Below, piece after piece: positions 13,361 through 26,834 of a DNA stretch of 64,000 bases. The translations under genes and the position numbers were made by a program. The stretch spans positions 186,001-250,000 of the forward strand of contig NIVC01000224.1 of NCBI GenBank assembly GCA_002269645.1. The letters run 5' to 3'. The notes under the pieces were generated by a model. The model made no database searches and had not been told where the DNA came from. It worked only from the letters and a program-made list of their open reading frames with translations. The DNA is from Macrostomum lignano (Eukaryota). Position 1 is the stretch's first letter, and each line of letters starts with the position of its first letter.

Positions 13361-14264
13361 CGAAATTAGTTATTCATAAAAATCATGGAAACAATGACTT
13401 TAATTTTTTCCACTGTTATTAATATTGTTACAAACAAAAGTTTCTGTGAATGCGTGAATTATCTATGTGAATAAACTTATAATGTTCATGTCGCACTATT
13501 CTAAATTCACAATTCAAGCCTCTCAGTTCTTCCAACATTTAACAGATATCAATGCAATACAATGGGTCCCATGATTGGCCCAGTTGACCGTAATTAATTT
13601 CGTTTGTTAATTCTTCTTTTCGACATTTTTCCCTGTATGCGCGTTTTTCACGCAAAAAAAATTAACAATGGTTGTCATTTTTCACCAGCCTTTTTCTACA
13701 AGATAGTTGTTAGCTTCTAGTGTCTATTTTTATATCTCTATTTACCGAGCAAATTTCATTTACAATACTCGTATCAGCCTACTTGTACCTACTTCAGCAG
13801 TAGTGTAGTCGACATGTTTATTGTTTTCTGTATTTTGTTGCCGAAAAGAAATCGACAATAATATTTAATTTAGAAGTTTCATTTTTTCTGCATACTACTA
13901 CTGATCGAATGTAAGTAGCTTGTTGAGGGGATGTTTTTTGTATGATTAGTGCCTATTTATTTATTAAGGTTTCAATATGCACCGCTATTTAGTTTTTGTG
14001 TGCAGCATATCGGCACCGCATGGCCTGTACATAACTTACTCTTATCGTTGAGGCTCCTGTGTGCATGTCAAAAATTTGAGAAACTTTCTTATGTATCTAT
14101 CAGTTTATATAAATTCTTTCAATTCCTAACTGCGTTGTTTTACCTCATTAAAACAGGAAAATTATGTTAATTTGATTATTAAATATTTTGATTCCTAATC
14201 TGTAAGCTTGGCTTATGATATGTATATAGGCCTTGCACACTGCTTTCTGACCAAATATGAGTTT

Positions 14265-14680
14265 TTCTGTGACCCATTGACCTTTGGCCCCGTTGCACTG
14301 TGACCCGTTGACCTTTGACCCATTCCGCTGTGACCCATTGATCTTTGACCCGTTGCACTGTGCCCCACTGACCTTTGACTTGTCCCACTGTGACCCATTG
14401 ACCTTTTATTCGTTCCACTGTGACCCATTGACCTTTGGCCCCGTCGCACTGTGATGACCCATTGACCTTTGACCCGTTCCAATTTGATGACTCATTGACC
14501 TTTAACACGTTCCACTGTGACCCGTTGACCTTTGACCCCCTTGCACTGGACCCATTAACCTTTAACCCCATTGCACTGTGACCCATTGACCTTTGACCCG
14601 TTCCATTGGGACCCATTGATGTTCAACCCATATTTGACCCGTTTGTTTGCGACCTATTGACCCGTTATAGTGACCCGCTA
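14265..14680. repeat. Degenerate ~31-bp tandem repeat (GCACTGTGACCCATTGACCTTTGACCCGTT)
   Basis: About 11 recognisable units. Confidence 0.85.
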
Positions 14681-15219
14681 AAATCGACAACTATTGTAAC
14701 ACCGCATAATATACTAAAGATATTGGCCTGTCAATATTATCTTAAATTCAGTAGTATGCCTATGTAATCAGTGTTCTCTGTGTTAAGAAAATTGTTTATG
14801 AGCAACTATTACTCCACCTCTGTAGAACTATTTCTATCAATATTTAATTTTTTATACTGTTAATCATGAGCGAGTATTTAATCAGGTCTTGCTTCGAGAA
14901 CAATATATTCTATCCGTTGATAATTTAGTTATTATTACTGAAATATCGTGTGGACTTTTTCCTAACTATAACAAAAAATATATCTTACAGTTTTGCTCGT
15001 TTGTTCAACGGGTAAAGTTTTCTGAAACTGTGCTGTTCTCGCGAATTCGCTTATTGACTGAAAAATTGGAAATCGACTTTGTGTATTCATTTCGGGACGA
15101 CAAAAAAATGAAAATGCCTAAAGAATTCGCTAATCTTCTGATTGGAGCTAATTGCTCAAGTCCTGAAAATATTACGAGCATATTTATTTCCTTAGTAAAC
15201 TTTTCCTGCTTGTTGATAG

Positions 15220-15309
15220 TTAGTTAGTTAGTCAGTTGGTTAGGTAATTAGTTTGTTAGTTATTTGGTTAGTTAGTTAGTGAGTTAGTTAGTTAGTTAGT
15301 TAGTTAGTC

Positions 15310-15344
<35 letters not shown>

Positions 15345-15379
15345 CAGTTAGTTAGTTAGTTAGTTAGTGTGTGAGTTAT

Positions 15380-15424
<45 letters not shown>

Positions 15425-15551
15425 GAGTTAGTTAGTTAGTTAGTGTGTGAGTTATTTAGTTAGTTAGTTAGTCAGTCAGTTAGTTAATCAATTAGTTAGT
15501 AAGTTAGTTAGTCAATTAGTTAGTTAGTTAGTTAGTTAGTGTGTGAGTTAT

Positions 15552-15608
<57 letters not shown>

Positions 15609-15619
15609 GTGTGAGTTAT

Positions 15620-15654
<35 letters not shown>

Positions 15655-15727
15655 GTGTGTGAGTTATTTAGTTAGTTAGTTAGTCAGTCAGTTAGTTAAT
15701 CAATTAGTTAGTAAGTTAGTTAGTCAA

Positions 15728-15760
<33 letters not shown>

Positions 15761-15771
15761 GTGTGAGTTAT

Positions 15772-15816
<45 letters not shown>

Positions 15817-15827
15817 GTGTGAGTTAT

Positions 15828-15880
<53 letters not shown>

Positions 15881-15891
15881 GTGTGAGTTAT

Positions 15892-15940
<49 letters not shown>

Positions 15941-15951
15941 GTGTGAGTTAT

Positions 15952-16012
<61 letters not shown>

Positions 16013-16045
16013 GTGTGAGTTATTTAGTTAGTTAGTTAGTTAGTG

Positions 16046-16084
<39 letters not shown>

Positions 16085-16095
16085 GTGTGAGTTAT

Positions 16096-16160
<65 letters not shown>

Positions 16161-16171
16161 GTGTGAGTTAT

Positions 16172-16234
<63 letters not shown>

Positions 16235-16307
16235 GTGTGTGAGTTATTTAGTTAGTTAGTTAGTCAGTCAGTTAGTTAATCAATTAGTTAGTAAGTTAGT
16301 TAGTCAA

Positions 16308-16348
<41 letters not shown>

Positions 16349-16359
16349 GTGTGAGTTAT

Positions 16360-16416
<57 letters not shown>

Positions 16417-16427
16417 GTGTGAGTTAT

Positions 16428-16484
<57 letters not shown>

Positions 16485-16495
16485 GTGTGAGTTAT

Positions 16496-16530
<35 letters not shown>

Positions 16531-16807
16531 GTGTGTGAGTTATTTAGTTAGTTAGTTAGTCAGTCAGTTAGTTAATCAATTAGTTAGTTAGTTAGTTAGT
16601 CAATTAGTTAGTTAGTTAGTTACTGAGTTAGTTAGTTAGTTAGTTAGTCAGTCAGTCAGTTAGTTAGTTAGTCAATTAGTTAGTTAGTTAGTTAGTCAGT
16701 TGGTTAGGTAATTAGTTTGTTAGTTATTTGGTTAGTTAGTTAGTGAGTTAGTTAGTAAGTTAGTTAGTTAGTCAGTTAGTTAGTTAGTTAGTTAGTGTGT
16801 GAGTTAT

Positions 16808-16852
<45 letters not shown>

Positions 16853-16853
16853 G

Positions 16854-16888
<35 letters not shown>

Positions 16889-16899
16889 GTGTGAGTTAT

Positions 16900-16956
<57 letters not shown>

Positions 16957-17071
16957 GTGTGAGTTATTTAGTTATTTAGTTAGTTAGTTAGTTAGTTTGT
17001 GTGTGAGTTATTTAGTTAGTTAGTTAGTCAGTCAGTTAGTTAATCAATTAGTTAGTAAGTTAGTTAGTCAA

Positions 17072-17108
<37 letters not shown>

Positions 17109-17119
17109 GTGTGAGTTAT

Positions 17120-17192
<73 letters not shown>

Positions 17193-17203
17193 GTGTGAGT
17201 TAT

Positions 17204-17256
<53 letters not shown>

Positions 17257-17289
17257 GTGTGAGTTATTTAGTTAGTTAGTTAGTTAGTG

Positions 17290-17328
<39 letters not shown>

Positions 17329-17339
17329 GTGTGAGTTAT

Positions 17340-17396
<57 letters not shown>

Positions 17397-17407
17397 GTGT
17401 GAGTTAT

Positions 17408-17442
<35 letters not shown>

Positions 17443-17515
17443 GTGTGTGAGTTATTTAGTTAGTTAGTTAGTCAGTCAGTTAGTTAATCAATTAGTTAGT
17501 AAGTTAGTTAGTCAA

Positions 17516-17564
<49 letters not shown>

Positions 17565-17575
17565 GTGTGAGTTAT

Positions 17576-17628
<53 letters not shown>

Positions 17629-17639
17629 GTGTGAGTTAT

Positions 17640-17692
<53 letters not shown>

Positions 17693-17703
17693 GTGTGAGT
17701 TAT

Positions 17704-17738
<35 letters not shown>

Positions 17739-17905
17739 GTGTGTGAGTTATTTAGTTAGTTAGTTAGTCAGTCAGTTAGTTAATCAATTAGTTAGTTAGT
17801 TAGTTAGTCAATTAGTTAGTTAGTTAGTTACTGAGTTAGTTAGTTAGTTAGTTAGTCAGTCAGTCAGTTAGTTAGTTAGTCAATTAGTTAGTTAGTTAGT
17901 TAGTG

Positions 17906-17940
<35 letters not shown>

Positions 17941-18025
17941 GTGTGAGTTATTTAGTTAGTTAGTTAGTCAGTCAGTTAGTTAGTTAGTTAATTAGTCAGT
18001 CAGTTAATTAGTTAGTCAATTAGTC

Positions 18026-18076
<51 letters not shown>

Positions 18077-18110
18077 CAATTAGTTAGTTAGTTAGTTAGT
18101 TAGTCAGTTA
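15220..18110. repeat. (TTAG)n satellite punctuated by GTGTGAGTTATT, with higher-order structure
   Basis: Directly visible. The marker GTCAGTTGGTTAGGTAATTAG recurs at 15231 and 16695 (1464 bp apart). Confidence 0.97.
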
Positions 18111-18330
18111 ATGTGGTGTTTGTGCCACGGACATTACGAACGTTTCTAATGTTTTCCGTATGCAATGCACTTTCCCTGTCTCAAACATTGCATGGTCTGT
18201 CTAGCTCCTTCATCTCTATTTCCCTGTGTGTGAGTCACTGCCTCATCCCTGTCTGTGTCTATGTGCGCGCGCCTTCCCTCTACGAAGCTCGGGGAGGACC
18301 CACCCCAAATATACTGCTTATACGAGCTAT

Positions 18331-20676
18331 GGGGTGCACGACAATTGACTTCCACAATTTGACCGCGGTCAATTTGACTGTGGACAATTTGACTGCCGAG
18401 TAATTTGTCTGCCAACAAAATGACTGCCAACAAAATGACTGCCAACAAAATGACTGCCAACAAAATGACTGCCGACAATATGACTGCCAACAAAATGACT
18501 GCCGACAAAATGACTGCCAACAAAATGACTGCCGACAAAATGACTGCCGACAAAATGACTGCCGACAATATGACTGCGGCAATTTGACTGCCGACAAAAT
18601 GACTGCCAACAAAATGACTGCCGACAAAATGACTGCCGACAATATGACTACCAACAAAATGACTGCCGACAAAATGACTGCCAACAAAATGACTGCCGAC
18701 AAAATGACTGCGGCAATTTGACTGCCGACAATATGACTGCCGACAAAATGACTGCCAACAAAATGACTGCCGACAATATGACTGCCAACAAAATGACTGC
18801 CGACAAAATGACTGCCAACAAAATGACTGCCGACAATATGACTGCGGCAATTTGACTGCCGACAAAATGACTGCCAACAAAATGACTGCCGACAAAATGA
18901 CTGCCGACAATATGACTACCAACAAAATGACTGCCGACAAAATGACTGCCAACAAAATGACTGCCGACAAAATGACTGCCGACAAAATGACTGCCGACAA
19001 TATGACTGCGGCAATTTGACTGCCGACAAAATGACTGCCAACAAAATGACTGCCGACAAAATGACTGCCGACAATATGACTACCAACAAAATGACTGCCG
19101 ACAAAATGACTGCCAACAAAATGACTGCCGACAAAATGACTGCGGCAATTTGACTGCCGACAATATGACTGCCGACAAAATGACTGCCAACAAAATGACT
19201 GCCGACAATATGACTACCAACAAAATGACTGCCGACAAAATGACTGCCAACAAAATGACTGCCGACAATATGACTGCGGCAATTTGACTGCCGACAAAAT
19301 GACTGCCAACAAAATGACTGCCGACAAAATGACTGCCGACAATATGACTACCAACAAAATGACTGCCGACAAAATGACTGCCAACAAAATGACTGCCGAC
19401 AAAATGACTGCCGACAAAATGACTGCCGACAATATGACTGCAGCAATTTGACTGCCGACAATATGACTGCCGACAAAATGACTGCCAACAAAATGACTGC
19501 CGACAATATGACTGCCAACAAAATGACTGCCGACAAAATGACTGCCAACAAAATGACTGCCAACAAAATGACTGCCGACAATATGACTGCCAACAAAATG
19601 ACTGCCGACAAAATGACTGCCAACAAAATGACTGCCGACAAAATGACTGCCAACAAAATGACTGCCAACAAAATGACTGCCGACAATATGACTGCGGCAA
19701 TTTGACTGCCGACAATATGACTGCCGACAATTTGACTGCCGACAAAATGACTGCCAACAAAATGACTGCCGACAAAATGACTGCGGCAATTTGACTGCCG
19801 ACAATATGACTGCGGCAATTTGACTGCCGACAATATGACTGCGGCAATTTGACTGCCGACAATATGACAAGTTTGTTACACCATGAAAATTTTAACATTA
19901 AGTTTCACATAAGGGTACCTTAAAATTCAAATGACCTTAAGAATGCGTATTTCCTTGGGTGTAAGGCTGTAAACTGCGGTGGAGCTGGAGATACACAAAC
20001 TTCTCTCAGGGCTGCTAATTGGCCAGAAAGATGACGCGATTAAAGCATGAGAAATGGTAATTAGAGTACTACGTCCCACAAACTGGCTTTCGAAGCAGGG
20101 ATTGGCAGACTTTAACCTCAAAGGCCAGATAAAGAAATCCACCTCATAGCTGCGGGCCAGATGCGAGTGGAAAGGAGAAGAAATAGACTGTTAGAAGAGA
20201 GGAGAGGCGAGAGGGGGATGAGAGAAAAGATAGAAGAGACGAGGGGTGAAGAGAGAGCAGAGAATAGGGGAGGAAGAAGCGAGAGGAGGGAGAAGGAAAG
20301 AGTAGAGGTGAGAGGAGGGAAGAGATGAGACAGAGGATCAATGAGAGAGGAGAGTTGAGAAGAGAGCAGAGAGGAGATAAAAGAGGATCGAGAGGAGAGA
20401 TTAGAAAGGATAGAGAAGAGAGGAGAGATAGATGAGAGAGCAGAGACGAGAGAGAAGAGACGAGAGACGAAAGAGAAGTGAGAAAAAAGAAGAGAAGATA
20501 GAAGTTTCAAAAGATGCAAGGGACATAGGGAGAGGCAGAGGTAGAGGCCAGAGTTTGCCTGACATTCTGCACAGCACCCCAGCCAACAATATCAGTTAAT
20601 AATCGGTTATTCATTAATTTTTTCTTGGCAGTCATTTTGTTCGCAGTCAAATTGTGGCAGTCATTGTCGTAAACCC
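18331..20676. mobile_element. Foldback/MITE-like element; left arm expanded into a 15-bp satellite (AAAATGACTGCCGAC, 18350-19867, about 100 units)
   Basis: The left end GGGGTGCACGACAATTGACTTCCACAATTTGACC resembles the reverse complement of 20625-20676 (GGGTTTACGACAATGACTGCCACAATTTGACTGCG). No TSD was found. Confidence 0.6.
20150..20545. repeat. GA-rich low-complexity tract
   Basis: Purine-rich degenerate repeats. Confidence 0.85.
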
Positions 20677-21377
20677 GCTGATATGAGCCTCCCACTCTGC
20701 GGAGGGAAGGCCCACTTCTTTTTCCGGTATCTCTCTGCGATTCTCACTCAGTTCTGCAGAGAAAACTTATACAAGCCAGTCAGCCATTGCCTTCCAAGAT
20801 ATTACAGTTGATTGCGTAGTTAGTTAGCTAGGTAATTAATTAGTCCTTAGGTAGCTGAAGACCTGACCGAAATGTACATGTATAGCAGCCATAACTATAT
20901 CCAATAGCAGTGTTCAGGAAGGAGAGTTACTATGCATGAAATTGCAGCTGAATGTATTGCTTACATTTATGCTTATATATACAATTTGATATCAGTTTGC
21001 AAATATCAGCTTAAACTGTTGAAGTCAAAATTGCCTGTCTACACTGAGTAAACAGCACAGTTGCGGTGAGTGAATCCAGTATCAGAAACATTTTTGCTGC
21101 CAAATAAATTCTTTAACTGCTAAATAAATATTAGTGGTGTCTTCCTGCGGACATGGCTTACCAAGAAAGCTTTATCTTGATAAACTCTTTCTGCGACAAT
21201 TTGACTGTTGTCACAATTCCACAAGGGTGAACCAGCCCCAAAAGGCACAGATCGAGATTGTACATGCCTGAAAGTCTAAGAATCCAATCTAACAATGCTA
21301 GGAAACTTCCGATCGGTTGTGTCGGTGTCGAGTACATCGTAAGCCAAAGCGGTAGCGGTACATAAGTTTTTAATTAA

Positions 21378-21740
21378 GGGGGTTTATGCACACCCTGGCG
21401 CACTTTAAGCGACATTGTCACACAACCGGTGAGAGGCATTACCGCCCATTCCACCGACCCCCTTGAGCAGGCACAACAAGCGCGCGGATATGTACGCAGT
21501 CATACGCACAGGCACTCACTCACACAGGGAGTGTACATCGACCCTACTAAACTTTATTTATCGTTAGGCATGTACACTTCACTGTGCCTTGGGGGGGTTG
21601 GTCCTCAAGGGCGTTAATTGCACGAGCAGAGCCAAGCCGAGATTCCAATTTTAGCCCAATATATTAATGTGGCTGCACTTGGAATCGAGTCTGGGCCGCT
21701 GGCACATCAGAGCGCCGCGCTGGACCACTGGGCTACAACG
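21378..21740 (-). mobile_element. tRNA-derived SINE, family B
   Basis: The minus strand starts with a tRNA-like head (TAGCCCAGTGG A box, GACTCGATTCC B box). It is colinear with the interrupted copy at 35235-35403 + 36750-36925. Confidence 0.75.
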
Positions 21741-21788
21741 TTCCCTTTAAAGGTGATCGTTATTACTTATCATTAAGTAATAATCATC

Positions 21789-21983
21789 ATGCTTATGAGG
21801 GGGGTCGCCACACACCCTCAATTACCCCAGCTAATGCTGGCGCCCATTTTACAGCTGGGTGAACTGAAGCAATGCAGAATTAAGTATCTTGCTCAAGGAC
21901 ACAATTTGTTCCGAGTTGGTCAAGAATCGAACCCCCGACCCTTTAGTCGTGAGTCCGACGCTCTAACCACTAGGCTGCAACCC
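21789..21983 (-). mobile_element. tRNA-derived SINE, family A, with CORE-like domain
   Basis: A/B boxes followed by TGTGTCCTTGAGCAAGATACTTAA...CTTCAGTTCACCCAGCTGTAAAATGGG, similar to the MIR/CORE consensus as recalled. Related copies at 24436, 39959 and 41484. Confidence 0.8.
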
Positions 21984-22904
21984 CTCCCCACTAAGTGAAC
22001 CCACTGAGCCAGTCAATGATTACAATTAGATCATAATAGCCTAGAAATACGCATACAAGTCATGACCAAGTCCAGAGGGTAAGATACACTGCCAATATAA
22101 TGCTTAAGAAATGCCTGAAAATCTAAAAATGTGAGTGCTTAGCATTCTTCTGCTTTTACGAGATGGAGCTGGGCGTATAAACCTTCCATACTTTGTAGCA
22201 GTCCCTCTCTCTCCTCAAAGTGTACAGAGATTGGCAGCATGCTCAAAAAAGATTCCCCAACCCCACCCCAGGGAGGCCGTGATGAGGCCTGTGAGTGATG
22301 GGGAAAATTTTGGTAAGCACGCTTCGAAATTTCGTCCCTCCATCCCACTTCCCTTACCTTCCCTCGCCCTCCTCACTGACCAGCAGCCTCTGTACACAGG
22401 CAGGGAGTGGATAAGATAAAGCTTAAAAATCCTTAGTTTTTGCTTTGCGAATTGCTTCAATGAAGGAAGCACATTGTGATAGCGGCCTAAGTAAACGGCC
22501 TTCATAAGAAAGCTCAAAGGATCGCTACACTCTTGGCGGTACGTTTGAAAATGCAACATTTTGTGATACACTAGAAAATTTGTCTAATTCGTTACATTTT
22601 TTTGGTTTTGAAGAAAACAACGAAAAGCGGCTCTGTCGAATATCCAAAATCGTAGTGGTTAAATTAGTAGTTAAAGTGCGCCAGGCAAATCACTGAATTC
22701 TTTGTTGGTTAAACAATAAAAAAATCATACGATTTTGCAATTTGATTTGCCCCTATGCTCAGTTTTAGTCATTTATTGCTTTGGAAACTTCAAGATTAAG
22801 ATCTTACGTTAAAAATATTCTCTCCATTCCTACACAGAAGTATTTATTAACGTTTCCTTGTGTTATTTTAAGTAACTTTTTTGCTCTCTCGCTCTTTCTC
22901 GCTA

Positions 22905-23221
<317 letters not shown>

Positions 23222-23496
23222 ATCTTTCTCTCCCTCTCTCCCCTCTCCCCCCTCTCTTCCTCTTTTCCCCTCCCCTCTCTCTCCTCCCCCCTTTCTCTCC
23301 CTCTCTCTCTCCTTCTCTCCCATAATAACCCTGAGGAACAATATACAATATTCGAAGTATCGGAACTTCGCTTAAAACATCTGCATTACCGTCCCGTGTC
23401 AGTGCTTTGGGGTTTGAGGACTCTTCCCTCTCTGTCCCCTTATCTCCCTCGATCAATTCCCGAGTCCTTTCTTTCATTGAGGGGTTTAGCGCTCCC

Positions 23497-23894
23497 TGTT
23501 ACGCAGCCTGCTTTGTGAAGGTGATTTCCATCGCCTAAAGGTGTAGGGGCAATGGGAGATTTGTCTCAGTTCTAGCCGGCTCCCGAATAGACGAAAAACG
23601 CGCCGACTGAGTGAGTCGCCTACAACCCCACTCCCTCCCTGCCTCCCATCCCTCCTGTCCATCACGAGTTCCTTGTGCGGTTTTGCATCCCCCCCCCGAC
23701 GTTCCCCTGCGCCCGCCCCATCCATCCATCTTCCTTTTGAGTCTTATTATTTGCTTTTCTATCCAGGAACCCCTGCACCACAACCTCTTGGACGAAAGGT
23801 CTCGGTTGGTTATTTCTATATGGGAGGAGGATTGTCTATTCTAAGCTCAATCTATCAATCACTCTACTAGCTCAAGCTCAATCTCAGAATAACA
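23497..23894. mobile_element. Possible solo LTR (~398 bp)
   Basis: TGTTAC...TAACA ends, flanked by CTCCC/CTCGC (4/5 match as a TSD). No second copy in the window. Confidence 0.35.
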
Positions 23895-24252
23895 CTCGCA
23901 TCCAGCACAAACTAGCTTTGTATAAGCTTAACTATGATACAGTGTTAGCTATCGTGACTATTTCGGCTCGTGTGCAAGCAATTCTGTCAGTATAATTTGG
24001 CTTTTTATATATAACCTTATCTTGGGGCTGAGGCCTGTACAGTGCTTGGAAGAATTCAGATTTGTCACCCAGGCACAAGCGAACAAGTAGTCCTGTTATT
24101 GCAGTTGTTGTACAGTACTGATAAAGCGCTTCTACGTCTTAACCTATTTCAAGTGTTTATAAATTTATCTGTATATTTACCAGGCCTAGCTATAATTCTT
24201 TCAGAACCGAAACACTAATTAACGAGCAAGTATCTCAGGAACCCAGGAAGAA

Positions 24253-26766
24253 ATGCGCATTGGACTGTTCTGCTATTTTCGACGATGGAACAGCTTGATT
24301 TCATCGGCAAGAGGAAGGAGGCAGCTTCGCTGGTTGCTAGCGGCTTGCTGTTTGACAGTTCTGCTTGGATGGCAAAGTGAGTCTTTGCTAAGCTTATCTG
24401 CCATTGCTAATCGTTGTGGTTGTAGCCTAGAGGTTCTGAAGCCCAGTGGTTAGAGTGTCGGACACACGACTTAAAGGTCGGGGGTTCGACTCTTAACCAA
24501 CTCGGAACAATTTGTGTCATTGAGCAAGACGCTTAAGCTTAAGTCTTTGCTTCAGTTCACCCAGTTGTAAAATGGGTGCCAGCATTAGCCATAGGGTAAT
24601 TGAGGGTGTGTGATAAGTCAAATGGGCGGAATCAGATCAATTGTTGCTATCATTATGCTCACTGGAGATTGTAACACTCCAGCATGCAAAAGGAGGATTG
24701 CAAGCTGCAACATTAACCTCATAATCTAAAAATGCGCCCGAAACAACCTAGCTAAGTTAGGGAACTAATGAATCCTTCCACACTCAACACCCGTCAGTTC
24801 TGATGCAAAACGACATGGAACTCCGCGACCTCGCCGCTCTGGTCCGTGACCGAAACGCTGCCGCTGAGATCCAATTCGCTCTGTCGGAGAACTCGCCGTT
24901 GGCTACCAGTGTCGGTTGTCCAGCCAACGCCACTTGTATCGGCTTGGCTACCAGAATCTTCCGCAGCTACAGCTACTGGAATGAGGTGCTGCAGCCTGGC
25001 CTGGTGCCTGCCTGCGCCTCCAACTGCCGGCTCATTGCTGACCATTCGCAGGCCCACGCGCTGCTGTTTCACGCCTACGATCTGCCCAGTCGGAGACGTC
25101 TGCGTCGCATGCGACAGACGCTGCCGCGGAATCAGCTGTGGATCTACTACAGCATCGAGAGTCCGATGCAGATGACTACTCAACGATGCGGCCAGCATTG
25201 CTTGAAAGCGACCTGGTTATCCTTTGTTGACGACACTCTGGCCTACTTTAAACAGTTCACGTTTCCTTCCTACCTGTTGCGAGAATACCCGGACACTACA
25301 GAGGAGGCGACTTACTTTAATTGGACGATGACTTACCGACGCGATTCGACAATCTACACTCCCTACGCTCGGTTTGAGCCGGTTGTCAGCGCGACTGGAG
25401 AGAAGCATAGCGGGTAAGGAGATGGCGGCTACTTCTGCGTGCACTGTTGTAGGCTTCACAGCTACATCCTGCTTAAATCCCGATGAAAATGTTACCGTGA
25501 CAAGAATGGCTAAGTAGTCATTGCAAACAACTCACAAGTGACTCTTGCGATTCTTGGGTGAATCTTGTACGACTCAAATGACTTTAATGCGACGGAGAGG
25601 CGACTTTGTAAGTCACGATCGCGCATCACGTGAATTCTAGAATCGCAGGGAGTCGTGAAAAAGTCGTCCATGCTTATCGTCGAGTCTGTTTGTTATTAGT
25701 CTGCCTAACTTTCTACTGTAGTGACGCAGGTGCGCTTTAGACACAACTCAGTGATTCTAGAGTGACTCTCGCTAGCACGCCTCAAAGACGACTCTACGGC
25801 CCCAGAGTCGTTAAAGCCTCAAATTGACTCTTAGGCGTCTCTTTGGCTACTTGTACCGTCTGTGTTACCTGCAAAAACTCTGAAGCGACTCTGGGACGCT
25901 TCTCGGCCTATAGGTACCGTTTTCATCAGGAAATACTTAGCTTACAAGTATAATGTTCCACCTCTTCCCCATCCCTTCTTAACTTAACAAGTAATTGGAA
26001 TCCCTTAATTCACTGATTGAATTGATGCCAGAATTGAATTAGCTACCTTTAATTACAAGCTAGAGGAATTAAACTGCCTCGGAATTATGAAATTTTGAAT
26101 CGGAACCGCTGCCCTACTTCCAGCCCGATCGCTCTGCCTCCGAAAGTCTCCCTTGCCGAGAAGAGATTCCTCAGCTTCATAGCCGTGTCCAACTGCTATC
26201 CGTCCAACCGTCGGCAAGAAATTCTGACGGAGCTCGCCAAGCACATGGAGCTGCACTTTTACGGACGTTGTGGCGACAGAGTACTGCCAGACAGTCAGAG
26301 CATGGTTGACCTTTCTAGACAGTACTATTTTCACCTGAGCTTTGAAAATGTATTCTGTCGCGACTATATCACGGAGAAGTTCTACTCCAACGGGTTGTGG
26401 GGCCACGCGGTGCCAGTGGCATTTGCTGGCTACTCCAAGGAGGAGCTCGAGGCCGTGGCCCCGCCGCACTCGTTTATCTACGCTGGAGACTTCAAGTCGC
26501 CAGCTGAGCTAGCCGAGCATTTGAAGAGTTTAGCGGCAAATTCTGAGAAGTACAACGCCTACCACCGCTGGAGACGAACCTTTGGCTTCGTAGACAACTA
26601 CCGGAACCCGTCTTATAATGTGTTCTGCCAGATCTGCCGCAAGCTGCAGCAGGCGCCCAATACTGCTGCAGAAGTGGACTTGAACAAATTCTATAATATT
26701 AGCCAGCAGTGTAGGCCGCTTGATTACAATCCTTTTTCTGCTCATAAAGTAGAGTTAATTAGCTGA
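24253..26766 (+). CDS. GT10 alpha-1,3-fucosyltransferase, paralog A. Exons 24253-24376, 24798-25413, 26124-26766 (460 aa)
   Basis: N-terminal signal-anchor (WLLAACCLTVLLGWQIL), ESP, FNWTMTYRRDS, VSNC, FYGRCG and the GT10 motif YYFHLSFENVFCRDYITEKF. GT..AG introns with matching phases (1, 2) give an open 1383-nt frame. Confidence 0.92.
24436..24612 (+). mobile_element. SINE family A copy in intron 1 of FucT-A
   Basis: tRNA-like head and CORE-like domain, as at 21789. Confidence 0.8.
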
Positions 26767-26834
26767 GTTTAATCATTGATTTCCAAGCAGTTGGCTCGCT
26801 TTTTTACTGTTATTTATCTCTTAAAGTAAAAGGG

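Noticed and set aside
15220-18110. Interstitial telomere
   Set aside because: The unit is TTAG, not TTAGG or TTAGGG.
850-19870. Regular 20-60-bp arrays as possible CRISPR loci
   Set aside because: Units are contiguous with no unique spacers, there are no cas genes, and the context is eukaryotic and intronic.
18146-19898. SAVIL/GSHFV/TADKM ORFs
   Set aside because: Artefacts of the 15-bp satellite.
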